A DNA stretch of 64,000 nt, from NCBI RefSeq assembly GCF_044376735.1, contig NZ_JBILKJ010000007.1, positions 68-64,067 of the forward strand, given 5' to 3'. The notes under the pieces are model-generated. The model was given only the letters and a program-made list of their open reading frames with translations, was not told where the DNA came from and searched no databases. Every line of letters begins with the position of its first letter. Within the stretch, counting starts at the first letter, position 1. The position numbers and the translations under genes are program-made. Of the stretch, positions 20,897 through 31,073 are shown piece after piece. The DNA comes from Gemmatimonas sp. Its GTDB lineage: Bacteria > Gemmatimonadota > Gemmatimonadetes > Gemmatimonadales > Gemmatimonadaceae.

Positions 20897-22087
20897 ATGC
20901 CTGAGCCTCGCGCTGTCGCTCCTCATGTCGCGCCACCCGTGCTCGTCGAACCGTCGGCCATCGTGGATACGATGGACGCGTTCGAACTCGAGCCCCTCCT
21001 CGAGACACGTACCGCACTCTGGGCCGTCGTCTTCGCCGGTGGCATCGGCACCCGCTTCTGGCCGCTCAGCACACCCCAGCGCCCCAAGCAGCTGCTGGCT
21101 CTCGTCAACGAGCGGCCACTCATCGCCGACACCATTGCGCGTCTGGCCCCACTGGTGCCGGCGGAGCGCGTCCTCGTGGTCACCAGTGCCGACATCGCTG
21201 ACGCACTGCACGAAGCGATCCCCGAAGTGCCGCGCAGCAACATGCTCATCGAGCCACGCCCGCTCGGCACGGCGGCGGCCCTCGCGTGGGGCGCGCAGGA
21301 AGTCGCCAGACGCGCCGGTCCCGACACCGTGTTCTGCGCCCTGCACGCCGACCTCTCCGTCGGATTTCCCGACGTGTTTCGCGAGGCACTGCGCCGCGCC
21401 GCCTCGATCGCGTTGGCAGAACCCGTGCTCGTGGCCCTCGGCGCGACGCCCACGCGCTGCGAAACCGGCTTCGGCTATCTGCAGCCCGGCGCGCCCTTCG
21501 ATCCGCTGGTCTCCCGGGCCGAGGGGGGTGCCTGCCGCGTGGAGCACTTCGTGGAGAAGCCCACCGCCGCACTCGCCGACACGCTCATCGACAACGGAGC
21601 CCTCTGGAACACCGGCATCTTCGTCTGGCGTGCCCGCGTCGTGCTCGATGAACTCGAGGCCCACACCGGTGAACTACAGCACGGGCTCCCCAAGCTCGCG
21701 GCCGGCGAGATGACGCGCTTCGCCGAGCTGGTCACGTCGGTGTCGATCGATCGCGGTTTGCTCGAGCGCAGCGGCAACCTCGTCGTGCTCCCCACGGCGT
21801 GTGCATGGGACGATGTCGGCACCTGGGCCTCGTTGCGCCGCGTGCGGGATCTCGACGACACCGGCAATGGCGTCATGGGCCACGTGCACTGCGTTGACGC
21901 CTCCGGCAACGTGATTCACGCCGATGGCGGCTGCGTCGTCGCGTTCGGCATTTCCGGGATGCTGGTGGTATCGCTCGACGGCCTCACCTTCGTCACCACC
22001 CTCGAGCGCGCCACCGAACTCGGGCCCCTCCTCAACGCCCTGCCCGGCAGCCTGCGCTACAACCCCGGCCGTAGCCACACGTCCTGA
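20897..22087 (+). CDS. Mannose-1-phosphate guanylyltransferase-like nucleotidyltransferase
   Basis: AGGIGTRFWPLS..RPKQLL; EPRPLGTAAA; ETGFGY; FVEKP; WNTGIF; WDDVGTW. Start may be 20972. Confidence 0.88.
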   Translation: MPEPRAVAPHVAPPVLVEPSAIVDTMDAFELEPLLETRTALWAVVFAGGIGTRFWPLSTPQRPKQLLALVNERPLIADTIARLAPLVPAERVLVVTSADIADALHEAIPEVPRSNMLIEPRPLGTAAALAWGAQEVARRAGPDTVFCALHADLSVGFPDVFREALRRAASIALAEPVLVALGATPTRCETGFGYLQPGAPFDPLVSRAEGGACRVEHFVEKPTAALADTLIDNGALWNTGIFVWRARVVLDELEAHTGELQHGLPKLAAGEMTRFAELVTSVSIDRGLLERSGNLVVLPTACAWDDVGTWASLRRVRDLDDTGNGVMGHVHCVDASGNVIHADGGCVVAFGISGMLVVSLDGLTFVTTLERATELGPLLNALPGSLRYNPGRSHTS

Positions 22088-22090
22088 CGC

Positions 22091-22136
22091 GCGGTCGCGT
22101 ATTGCGGTCGCGTATTGCGGTCGCGTGGCGCGGTCA
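22091..22136. repeat. 13-bp tandem repeat between convergent genes
   Basis: GCGGTCGCGTATT x2, then GCGGTCGCGTGGC and GCGGTCA. Confidence 0.75.
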
Positions 22137-22940
22137 GCGCCCCTCGAACGTCGGGGCGCGCTTGTCCGTGAACGCGGCCATCGCCTCACGCACATCGGCA
22201 CTCGCGAAGCAGCTCTTGATGTGCGTGAGCTCCTCCCGCAGTTGCGCGTCGAGCGTGGCGTCGTGACTCGCCAGCAGCAGCCGCTTGGACAGCGCCAGCG
22301 CTATCGGGGGACCAGCCGCCAGCTGCGCCGCGTAGCGCTGCACACCATCGGCGAACACGTCGTCCGCCAGCACGGACGTCGCGAGCCCGATGCGCTCCGC
22401 TTCGTCGGCACGCACATCGCGACCGGTGAGGATGAGATCTGCCGCCCGCGCGTGGCCGATCAGGCGCGGCAGGAACCACGTGACGCCGGCGTCGGGCGAC
22501 AAGCCGCGACGCACATAGCCCGCCGTGACGACCGCGCTCGCGCTTACTAAGCGGAGATCGCAGGCCAACGCCAGCCCGAAGCCGGCGCCGGCTGCGGCGC
22601 CGTTCACCGCCGCGATCACCGGCTTCTCGCACGACGTGATCGACTGCACCCAGCGCCCCACCCAGTAGTACGGGTCGAGGCGCGTCGCGCGATCGGCGGC
22701 GTCGAGCTCTGCCCGCGCGCCAAGATCGAGCCCCGCGCAGAACCCCCGTCCCGCGCCGGTGATCACTACGACACGGACCGCATCCTCGCGCGCCGCCTGC
22801 GCCAGCGCGATCGGCAGTTCCTCGGCGAGGCGCGGATTCACCGCGTTGAGACGTTCAGGACGGTTCAACGTGATCGTCCGCACGCCAGCGGCCGACGTGT
22901 CGATCAGGAGATGCGCGAAAGAATCGAGGTGGGCAGTCAT
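22134..22940 (-). CDS. Enoyl-CoA hydratase/isomerase (crotonase family)
   Basis: ITLNRPERLNA; FCAGLDL; KPVIAAVNGAAAGAG; GLSPDAG; KRAPTFEGR. Confidence 0.92.
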   Translation of the reverse strand: MTAHLDSFAHLLIDTSAAGVRTITLNRPERLNAVNPRLAEELPIALAQAAREDAVRVVVITGAGRGFCAGLDLGARAELDAADRATRLDPYYWVGRWVQSITSCEKPVIAAVNGAAAGAGFGLALACDLRLVSASAVVTAGYVRRGLSPDAGVTWFLPRLIGHARAADLILTGRDVRADEAERIGLATSVLADDVFADGVQRYAAQLAAGPPIALALSKRLLLASHDATLDAQLREELTHIKSCFASADVREAMAAFTDKRAPTFEGR

Positions 22941-23110
22941 GGTGGAAGTGTACCGCCGAGGTCGAACGAACGGGACGACTTGTGTCGATTCACGTATCGT
23001 CCTTCGCGCACCCACTACCACGCGTATGGGTGCGTTCGCTAGATCACACCGTACGTCGTGGCGAACCGCTTGCCAGACGTGCGGACCCGCTGGCCACTCT
23101 TGCCCCCACC

Positions 23111-23602
23111 ATGTCTCCCTCCCGCGCTGCTGCGTCCTCGATGATGCTCGACGATCCGACCGCGGATCAGCAAGGGCCCCTCTACTGCTGCGACGCCCTG
23201 GCGCGCACCGCGTCGGAAACCTGCCGGCAGCACGAGCGACTCGCCCGCCTCAACACGCTGTCGGTCGCGAAGTCCGAGCTTGGAGCAGCCCAGGCGATGG
23301 TGGACACCATCGATCTGGCGCTCGCCGAATGCGTGCGCGACTTCGAGAAGACCTGCGCGAAGGCCACGATCAGCGACGACGCCGCCGTCCGGCAAGCCGC
23401 CAACGGCATGTGGCTCGCCGCTCGTGAGTACCTCCGCCGCCACAGCATCGCTGAGAAGGCCTCGCGTCAGCTCACCCAGCACGATGTCGAGAAGCTCGGC
23501 GACCTGCAGCTCGAGTACGAGCTCGAAGCCTCAGCGCTTCTGGGCCTCAAACACGCGATGTCGACGTACCAGAAGCTGCGCCCCGATACCCGCTGCCCGT
23601 AG
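23111..23602 (+). CDS. Hypothetical helical protein
   Basis: Open frame with genome-typical codon usage; helical pattern; several Cys; no recognised motif. Confidence 0.7.
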   Translation: MSPSRAAASSMMLDDPTADQQGPLYCCDALARTASETCRQHERLARLNTLSVAKSELGAAQAMVDTIDLALAECVRDFEKTCAKATISDDAAVRQAANGMWLAAREYLRRHSIAEKASRQLTQHDVEKLGDLQLEYELEASALLGLKHAMSTYQKLRPDTRCP

Positions 23603-24134
23603 GCTCGCCGGTCAGCGCGATCTCGAACAACAACTTGGACGGCTGCGGGTCGCGCGTGAGATAGACCTGCAGCCGCTCGATGATCGCCGGCGCCGTCACG
23701 CGCGTGGCCAGCAGTTCGCGTTCACGCGCCGGTGTGAGCATCGGATAGAAGCTCAGCGTGCAATGCGGCGTGAACCGGAACCGCGCGTGCTTGAACGGCA
23801 GTCCACTCCGCGCGATCCGCTCGTGCAGGGCCCGGAGAGGGCCGTTATGGTCCAACGGCAACGACACGATGTCCGTCTGCATGAACCGGTGCGGTAACCC
23901 CAGCGCGAGCTCCATGGGTGCCGTGCTGGCGGCAATCGGTTCGAGCGCCTCCCGGATGCGGGCCACGGGCGTATCCGTGGGCATCGACCCCACACCTGAA
24001 GAACCGACCAGCGTCACGTGTGGAGGAGTGAGCCGGGCCAGCTTCGGGTCGAAACGCTGCTGAATTTCTCGCACCATGGCTCCCGCTTCGCCGGGAAGCT
24101 CTGCCAGGACGAAAATGCCGAAGGACGCCGCCAT
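23547..24134 (-). CDS. 2H phosphoesterase (2'-5' RNA ligase family)
   Basis: Two HxT motifs: PPHVTL and TPHCTL. Confidence 0.85.
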   Translation of the reverse strand: MAASFGIFVLAELPGEAGAMVREIQQRFDPKLARLTPPHVTLVGSSGVGSMPTDTPVARIREALEPIAASTAPMELALGLPHRFMQTDIVSLPLDHNGPLRALHERIARSGLPFKHARFRFTPHCTLSFYPMLTPARERELLATRVTAPAIIERLQVYLTRDPQPSKLLFEIALTGEPTGSGYRGAASGTSTSRV

Positions 24135-24200
24135 ACCGGAAATCTAGTCGGTGGACGCGCCGACCTCACGGTGGCGCCGCGGACACGCTATGTTCGCCGC

Positions 24201-24467
24201 ATGGGAGCGGCGATGATGGTCATTCGGCAGTACGCCGACGAGATGCAAGCGCTGGTCGCGCGCACGGTGCTCGAAGCGCATCACATTCCCGCCGTGGTGC
24301 TGCGCGACGACGCCGGCGGCATGCTGCCCGCCATGCGCCTGCTGTATCCCGTCCGCCTCGCCGTCCGGGTCGGTGATGCCACGCACGCGCTGCGCATCCT
24401 CGACGCCCCCTTCGAGGGCGACACCGACATCGGCGACCTCCTCGACGACGCCGCCGGCCATCCATGA
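24201..24467 (+). CDS. Small DUF2007-like protein
   Basis: EMQALVARTVLEAHHIPAVV.DD..G..P...VRLAV...DA..A..IL pattern. Confidence 0.7.
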   Translation: MGAAMMVIRQYADEMQALVARTVLEAHHIPAVVLRDDAGGMLPAMRLLYPVRLAVRVGDATHALRILDAPFEGDTDIGDLLDDAAGHP

Positions 24468-24495
24468 GCGGGCCTCCCTCCAGAAACGGACATCC

Positions 24496-25308
24496 ATGAG
24501 CAGGCGCTTTGCCGGGCAGGTGGTACTGATCACGGGCGCCTCGAGCGGCATCGGGGCCGAGTTGGCACGACAGTTCGCCACCGACGGCGCGCGCGTGGCG
24601 CTAGCGGCCCGTGATGCCACACGACTGGAGGCCGTCGCCGCCGAGTGCCGGGCCTTGGGGGCCGATGCGCTGGTGGTACCGGGCGATGTCGGTGTCGAGT
24701 CGTCGTGCGCGTCGATCGTGGACCGCACCGTGACCCACTACGGCCGCCTCGACATCCTCGTGAACAACGCCGGCATCGGCTCCAGCGGGATGTTCGAGGA
24801 GATCACCGACCTCACGATCTTCGACACCCTCATGCGGGTGAACTACCTCGGGAGCGTGTGGTGCACGGCCCATGCGCTGCCGCATCTCAAGCGCACCAAG
24901 GGCCGCCTCGTCGGCATTTCAAGCCTCACCGGACTCACCGGCGTGCCCAAGCGCACCGCCTACGCCGCCACCAAGCACGCCATGGCGGGGTTCTTCGATT
25001 CGCTCCGCATCGAGCTCGATGGAAGTGGGGTGACCGTCACGATGGTCTATCCCGGGTTCGTGTTCTCCGAGATCAATCAGCGGGCGCTATCCCCCGATGG
25101 GACTCCGTTCGGCGATCGCGGCTATCAGCGCCGCAAAGGCGAGACGATGGAAACCGACGAGTGCGGCCGCCTCATCCTCGCCGCCGTGGCCAACCGCGAT
25201 CGGGATCTCGTGATGACATGGCGTGGCAAGATCGGTCGGCTACTCAAGCTGATCTCCCCCGCGCTGGTGGACCGGATTGCCAAGGGCGTCATCGCGTCGC
25301 GGCAATAG
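24496..25308 (+). CDS. Short-chain dehydrogenase/reductase
   Basis: ITGASSGIG; LVNNAG; YAATKHA (YxxxK). Confidence 0.93.
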   Translation: MSRRFAGQVVLITGASSGIGAELARQFATDGARVALAARDATRLEAVAAECRALGADALVVPGDVGVESSCASIVDRTVTHYGRLDILVNNAGIGSSGMFEEITDLTIFDTLMRVNYLGSVWCTAHALPHLKRTKGRLVGISSLTGLTGVPKRTAYAATKHAMAGFFDSLRIELDGSGVTVTMVYPGFVFSEINQRALSPDGTPFGDRGYQRRKGETMETDECGRLILAAVANRDRDLVMTWRGKIGRLLKLISPALVDRIAKGVIASRQ

Positions 25309-25359
25309 CCGCACCGTGGGTGCGCCGGAGACGGAGCACGCCCTCCGCTAGATTCCAGC

Positions 25360-26400
25360 ATGGCTGGCGCTCCCATTCTCTCACTCGACCCGGATAACCC
25401 CGATCCCGGGGTCGTCGAGCATGCGGCCGCCCTGCTGCGTCGCGGCGCACTGGTCGCGTTTCCCACGGAAACCGTGTACGGGCTGGGCGCCAATGCGCTC
25501 GACCCCGACGCGGTCGCTGCCATTTACGCAGCGAAGGGGCGTCCCGCCTGGAATCCCGTGATCGCGCATGTGCCCGACGTAGGCGCCGCCCGGGCGCTCA
25601 CGCGGCACTGGCCGGCCGCCGCCGACCGACTGGCTGCCGCCTTCTGGCCCGGTCCGCTCACACTCGTGCTCCCCAAGGCCCCGCACGTGCCCGACGGCGC
25701 CACGGCCGGGCTCGATGCCGTCGCCGTACGGATCCCGTCCCATCCGGTGGCGTTGGCCCTGCTCCGTGCCGCCGGCGTGCCCATCGCGGCACCCAGTGCC
25801 AATCGATTCACCCAGGTCAGTCCGACTACCGCGCAACACGTCCACGCATCACTCGGCAATCGCGTCGCGCTCATTCTCGACGGCGGACCATGCGCGGTCG
25901 GCATCGAAAGCACGGTGGTCGACCTCACCGGCCCCGACGCCGTCATTCTCCGGCCTGGCATGATCTCCGCCGCCGATCTCGAGCTCGCCCTGCATGGCTC
26001 GGGCACGGTGGTCCGCACGGCGACCGCCACGGTGTCGCACGACGCCCCGGCGGCCGCCGCCAGAGCGCAGCGATCACCGGGGATGGCCGATCGCCACTAC
26101 GCTCCCCGCGCCGACGTCTGGCTCTTCGATGCCGCGCAGCAACCGGAGATCGATGCCGCACTCGCCGCACGGGGCACGGGTGCGGGACCAGTGACGGCAC
26201 TCCTCCGAACCACCACGCTGTCGCTGACGGACGGCGCGCGCGTGCGTATGCCGGATGACCCCGCCGCCTACGCACGCGCGCTCTACGCCGCCCTGCATAC
26301 CGCTGACGCCGCCGGCGCGTCGCTCATCGTGATCGAGCGCCCACCGGCCGACGACCGCTGGGCCGGCCTCCGCGATCGCCTCACCCGGGCGGCCCGGTAG
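25360..26400 (+). CDS. sua5: L-threonylcarbamoyladenylate synthase (Sua5/TsaC2)
   Basis: [15 protein letters not shown]; AKGRP; FWPGPLT; AAPSANRF; GIESTVVD; SPGM..RHYAP; Sua5 C-terminal domain. Confidence 0.95.
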   Translation: MAGAPILSLDPDNPDPGVVEHAAALLRRGALVAFPTETVYGLGANALDPDAVAAIYAAKGRPAWNPVIAHVPDVGAARALTRHWPAAADRLAAAFWPGPLTLVLPKAPHVPDGATAGLDAVAVRIPSHPVALALLRAAGVPIAAPSANRFTQVSPTTAQHVHASLGNRVALILDGGPCAVGIESTVVDLTGPDAVILRPGMISAADLELALHGSGTVVRTATATVSHDAPAAAARAQRSPGMADRHYAPRADVWLFDAAQQPEIDAALAARGTGAGPVTALLRTTTLSLTDGARVRMPDDPAAYARALYAALHTADAAGASLIVIERPPADDRWAGLRDRLTRAAR

Positions 26401-26440
26401 TCGCTCGTCGCAAGACGCGCCGCGCTGCTATCTTGACCAG

Positions 26441-27373
26441 ATGCTACCCATCGATCTTTCCGGCAAGCGCGCCCTCGTGGCGGGCGTCGCCGACGACGGC
26501 GGCTTCGGGTTCGCCGTCGCAAAGTCCTTCGCGGAGGCCGGTGCCTCCGTGTGTGTCGCCACGTGGCCGCCGGCGCTCAACATCTTCCTCAACCTGCTCG
26601 AACGCGGGAAGATGGATGAATCCCGTCGGCTGAGCGACGGATCGTTGCTCACCTTCGAGCGCATCTATCCCCTCGACGCCGTCTACGACACGCTCGCTGA
26701 CGCGCCGGCCGACGTGCGCGAGTCGAAGCGCTACAAAGATGTCGGCGACTTCTCCATCGGCGGACTCGCGCAGCGCCTGGCCGCCGATTTCGGCGAGCAG
26801 TCGCTCGACATCGTCTTTCACTCCCTGGCCAACGGCCCCGAAGTGAAGAAGCCGCTGCTCGAGGTGAGCCGCGCCGGCTACCTCGCCGCGTCCAGCGCGA
26901 GCGCGTACTCGTTGGTGTCCATGGTACAGCGCCTCGCGCCGCTCATGCGCCCGGGCGGCTCGGTGTGCTCACTCACCTACATGGCCAGCGAACGCGCCAT
27001 TCCCGGCTACGGCGGCGGCATGTCGTCGGCCAAGGCCGCGCTCGAAAGCGACACGCGCGTCCTCTCGTTCGAAGCGGGTCGCAAGTACGGCCTGCGCGTG
27101 AACACGATCAGCGCCGGGCCGTATGCATCGCGCGCCGCGAGTGCGATCGGCATCATCGACCAGATGGTGAAGTACTGCGCCGCCAACGCGCCGCTGACCG
27201 AAGAACTCACCGCCACCGAAGTGGGCCACACCGCCGCCTTCCTCGCCAGCTCGCTGGCCAGCGGGATCACGGGCTCCACGGTGTACGTCGATAAGGGCTA
27301 CCACGCGATGGGCATGGCGGTGACCATGCCGGCCGCCACGGAACCACCCGGTACAGAGACGCCCGGCTCCTAG
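26441..27373 (+). CDS. fabI: Enoyl-ACP reductase, plant/chlamydial-type FabI
   Basis: [20 protein letters not shown]; TWPPALNIF; HSLANGPEV; [17 protein letters not shown]. Confidence 0.92.
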   Translation: MLPIDLSGKRALVAGVADDGGFGFAVAKSFAEAGASVCVATWPPALNIFLNLLERGKMDESRRLSDGSLLTFERIYPLDAVYDTLADAPADVRESKRYKDVGDFSIGGLAQRLAADFGEQSLDIVFHSLANGPEVKKPLLEVSRAGYLAASSASAYSLVSMVQRLAPLMRPGGSVCSLTYMASERAIPGYGGGMSSAKAALESDTRVLSFEAGRKYGLRVNTISAGPYASRAASAIGIIDQMVKYCAANAPLTEELTATEVGHTAAFLASSLASGITGSTVYVDKGYHAMGMAVTMPAATEPPGTETPGS

Positions 27374-27376
27374 GCC

Positions 27377-29290
27377 GTGCCCGACCAATCACTCCCCGAG
27401 CAGGTCGACGTCCCACCGCTCCCACGGGGAACGGGCCTCCGAGCACGGCTCCTCGTGGGGGCGCTGCTCATCGCAGCGCCACCGTTACTGGTGAGTGTGC
27501 TGGCGCCGATACCCGGTGCCGGCGCACGTGGCCTCGTGCTTTTCGCCGGAGCCTTGCTCGTATCAGGCGGCATGGCCGTCGTGTTCGCCACCGGAATCGC
27601 CCAACCGCTGCAGGAGCTGATCAACGACGCCCATGCGTTGGCGGTCGGAGTGGCCGGCCATCGGTCGCAGATCCGGTCCAGCGATGAAATCGGGTCGCTC
27701 GCAACGGCCCTCAACCAGATGGCCGAAACCGTCGAGCGCCGCAATGCCGCGCTGGCCGACAGCGAGCGCCGGTATCGTTTTCTCTTCGATTCCAACCCAC
27801 TCCCCATGTGGGCGTGGGACGCGGACACGATGCTCATCCTCGCCGTCAACGAGGCGGCCATCGACCAATATGGATACGACCGCGACACCTTTCTGTCGCT
27901 CCGTATTCTCGACCTGATTGACCCCACCGAGCATTCGCGATTCCGTGGTGCCCGGCTGCCCTTCTCCGAGTCGAGGCAAACGGCCGGCACGTGGCTGCAC
28001 CGCACCACTGACGGTCGCCAGCTCGAAATGGAAGTCATCACCACCTCGTCGCGACGACTCGGGCGCGCCAGCTGGCTGTCCGTCGGCATCGACGTCACCG
28101 CGCGGCGCGAAGCCGAACGCGCGCTGGCGCGCAGTGAAGCGCAACTGCGGCAATCGCAAAAAATGGAAGCCATCGGCACCTTCGCCGGCGGTATCTCGCA
28201 CGATTTCGGCAACCTGCTCACCGGCATGCTGGGCTACTGCGATCTCGCGCTTGGCATGATGGCCGTCGACGATCCCGCGCGCCGCGACGTGAACGAGATC
28301 CGCGCGCTCGCCGTGCGCGGCACCGATCTCTCCCGGCAGATTCTCGCCGTCAGTCGCAAGCAGATCGCGCAGCCTACGGTGCTCGACCCGAACACGGTCA
28401 TACAGGGAGTCGATCGGCTGCTCGCGCGCATCATGGGTGAGAACATCGATGTCCTGACCACGCTGGGCACCGACCTCGGCTCCATTCGGATTGACGCGGC
28501 GCAGCTGGAGCAGGTCATGCTCAGCCTCGCCAGCAATGCGCGCGACGCGATGCCCTCCGGTGGAACGCTTCACGTGGCGACCCTGCGCGTGGATGACACG
28601 GATGTCGAAAGCTTCGGCCTCGACGCGCAACGCGAGTGGATCGTGATTCGCGTGTCCGACACCGGCGTCGGCATGACCGAGGACATCCTGCCGCACATCT
28701 TCGAGCCGTTCTTCACCACCAAGGAGCGGGGCAAGGGCACCGGGCTTGGCCTGCCGCTTGCCTACGGCATGATCGATCAAGCCGGCGGCGAGATTCGCGT
28801 GAACAGCACCCCGGGACAGGGCACGACCTTTCATCTACTGCTGCCACGCCTCGACGAACGTCCCGACAGTTTTGCGATCGAGGACGAAGACCCCGAGCTG
28901 CTGGCCGGACAGGAAACCGTGCTGCTCACCGAGGACGAAGACAGCGTCCGCATGGTGGCCACCGCCGCCCTCGAGCGTCGTGGCTATCGCGTACTGGCCG
29001 CCGCCGACGGCGAATCCGCCATCGCGATCTCGCGCGCGTATCCCGGCCGCATCGACCTGCTCGTCACCGACGTCGTGATGCCCGGCATGAACGGCCGTCA
29101 ACTGGCCGAGCAACTCGAACGGGCGCGACCGGGAATCCATGTCCTCTTCGTGTCCGGCTATACCGATGACGCCGTGTTGCTGAAAGGGGTGTCCCTCGAC
29201 GAACGCACCTTCCTGCAGAAGCCGTTCACCTCGCTCGCCCTCGCCCGGCGCGTCCGTGCGGTGCTCGATCAGTCGCCGCGCGCGAGCTGA
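27377..29290 (+). CDS. Hybrid sensor kinase (2TM-HAMP-PAS-HisKA-HATPase-REC)
   Basis: [13 protein letters not shown] (HAMP); PAS; [10 protein letters not shown]; DTGVGM; FEPFFTTK; GTGLGL; LVTDVVMP; QKPF. Confidence 0.93.
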   Translation: MPDQSLPEQVDVPPLPRGTGLRARLLVGALLIAAPPLLVSVLAPIPGAGARGLVLFAGALLVSGGMAVVFATGIAQPLQELINDAHALAVGVAGHRSQIRSSDEIGSLATALNQMAETVERRNAALADSERRYRFLFDSNPLPMWAWDADTMLILAVNEAAIDQYGYDRDTFLSLRILDLIDPTEHSRFRGARLPFSESRQTAGTWLHRTTDGRQLEMEVITTSSRRLGRASWLSVGIDVTARREAERALARSEAQLRQSQKMEAIGTFAGGISHDFGNLLTGMLGYCDLALGMMAVDDPARRDVNEIRALAVRGTDLSRQILAVSRKQIAQPTVLDPNTVIQGVDRLLARIMGENIDVLTTLGTDLGSIRIDAAQLEQVMLSLASNARDAMPSGGTLHVATLRVDDTDVESFGLDAQREWIVIRVSDTGVGMTEDILPHIFEPFFTTKERGKGTGLGLPLAYGMIDQAGGEIRVNSTPGQGTTFHLLLPRLDERPDSFAIEDEDPELLAGQETVLLTEDEDSVRMVATAALERRGYRVLAAADGESAIAISRAYPGRIDLLVTDVVMPGMNGRQLAEQLERARPGIHVLFVSGYTDDAVLLKGVSLDERTFLQKPFTSLALARRVRAVLDQSPRAS

Positions 29291-29302
29291 GCACCCGCGA
29301 TC

Positions 29303-29755
29303 ATGTACTGGATCCTCGTCATCATGGCCGCCATTGCCGCGAGTCTCATCGCACTCGTCGTCGGTGGACTCGTAACCCCGGCCGAGTATCGCGTAGTGCG
29401 TCGCGTACGACTGCGGCACCGCGCCGACGAACTCCACGCACTGCTCACCGATCTCGCGGCCTACGAACAGTGGGCGCCATCGCCAACCACTCTCGAACGA
29501 CGGCCGGAGAGTGACGCCGAGACGATCGTACTGCAGGTGATCAACGACGACACGGGGGCGCAGCTACAGTGGGCGTGGCGCATCGATGTCGACGGCGCGC
29601 AGCGCGTCATCACGCTCACCGAGTCTGGTCGGGTCGGGAACCCCGTGCTGCGTTTCTTCACCGCGTTTCGCGGGCATGGTGGCAATGCCGAGCGGACGCT
29701 GCGCGCACTGGCTGAGCATCTCGGTGAGTTCGACGTGTCGGTCGAACGCGACTGA
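29303..29755 (+). CDS. SRPBCC/polyketide cyclase-like membrane-anchored protein
   Basis: N-terminal TM; LTDLAAYEQW; W.W.I...ITLTESG...NPVLRF. Confidence 0.65.
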   Translation: MYWILVIMAAIAASLIALVVGGLVTPAEYRVVRRVRLRHRADELHALLTDLAAYEQWAPSPTTLERRPESDAETIVLQVINDDTGAQLQWAWRIDVDGAQRVITLTESGRVGNPVLRFFTAFRGHGGNAERTLRALAEHLGEFDVSVERD

Positions 29756-29766
29756 TCGGCGGCACG

Positions 29767-31011
29767 GTGACCGCCCGAAGCGAGCGTCCGCCCGATCCCG
29801 CCGCGGCGGCCGATACGCATCCGGATCGCTGGCGCATGCTTGGGCTGCTCACCGTCGCCGAGCTGTTGGGGATGACGCTGTGGTTCGCCGCCAGCGCGGT
29901 ATCAGCGCAGTACGCCGCGCAGTGGACGCTGAGCAGCAGCGATACCGCGTGGCTGACCACCATTGTGCAACTGGGCTTCGTGACCGGCACCGCGATTTCG
30001 GCGGTGTTGAACGTGGCGGATATCGTCCCGGCGCGCCTGCTGTTTGCCGGCTGCGCGCTGATCGGCGCGGCGGCCAACACGATGCTGCTTACCGCCGACG
30101 CGCTGCCGGGTGCACTACTGTGGCGATTCGTCACGGGGCTCGCCTTGGCCGGCGTGTATCCACCGGCCATGAAGATGATCGCCACCTGGTTCCGTGTACG
30201 ACGCGGACTTGCGGTGGGCACCATCGTGGGCGCGCTGACCGTGGGCAAAGCGATGCCCTATCTCGTGCATGCGATCCCCGGCGCCGGCATCACCCCGGTG
30301 GTGTTGAGCGCGTCCGTTGGCGCATGCATCGCCGCGCTGCTGGTGTGGTTCGGCTATCGCGACGGCCCGTATCCGTTTCCGGCGCGGCCCTTCTCGTGGC
30401 ATCTCGTGCGCGATGTGGTGCGCACACCGGCGTGGCGGTTGTCCACCGGTGGGTATCTGGGCCACATGTTCGAGCTGTACGCGGCGTGGACGTGGCTGCC
30501 CGTGTTCATCGCCGCCAGCATCGCCGCGCATGATCCCGCGGCGGGCGCGCGAGGCGCATCGATCGCATCGGCGATCGCCTTCGCCGCCCTCGCCATTGGC
30601 GGCGCCGGGTGCGTATGGGGCGGACTCATGGCCGACCGCCGCGGGCGCGCGTGGCTCGTCACGCGCGCCATGGCCATCAGCGGGGCGTGCGCCGTGCTCA
30701 TCGGCTTCGCCTTCGGTCGCTCCCTCTGGCTGCTGGTGCCGATCGCGCTCGTGTGGGGCTTCTTCGTGATCGCCGACAGCGCGCAGTTCTCGGTGCTGGT
30801 CACCGAGAGCGTGCCCCCGCACGCCGTGGGGACCGCCCTCACCCTGCAAACGTCGCTCGGCTTTCTCCTCACGGCCGTGGTGATTCAGCTCGTGCCGCCA
30901 CTCGCCGAGCGCGTGGGGTGGTCGTGGGCGTTTGCGGTGCTGGCGCTCGGGCCCGTGTTCGGTATCGCGAGCATCGCGCGATTGGTACGCAGGACGGCGG
31001 GCCGCCGCTAG
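29767..31011 (+). CDS. MFS transporter
   Basis: About 12 TM; LAGVYPPAMK; GYLGHMFELYA; GLMADRRGR; IADSAQFS. Confidence 0.9.
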   Translation: MTARSERPPDPAAAADTHPDRWRMLGLLTVAELLGMTLWFAASAVSAQYAAQWTLSSSDTAWLTTIVQLGFVTGTAISAVLNVADIVPARLLFAGCALIGAAANTMLLTADALPGALLWRFVTGLALAGVYPPAMKMIATWFRVRRGLAVGTIVGALTVGKAMPYLVHAIPGAGITPVVLSASVGACIAALLVWFGYRDGPYPFPARPFSWHLVRDVVRTPAWRLSTGGYLGHMFELYAAWTWLPVFIAASIAAHDPAAGARGASIASAIAFAALAIGGAGCVWGGLMADRRGRAWLVTRAMAISGACAVLIGFAFGRSLWLLVPIALVWGFFVIADSAQFSVLVTESVPPHAVGTALTLQTSLGFLLTAVVIQLVPPLAERVGWSWAFAVLALGPVFGIASIARLVRRTAGRR

Positions 31012-31073
31012 GAACCCGAGGTTCCCGCAACGACCCGCCGTGTCTGCACTGCACGAGCGACCACGACGGTCGA

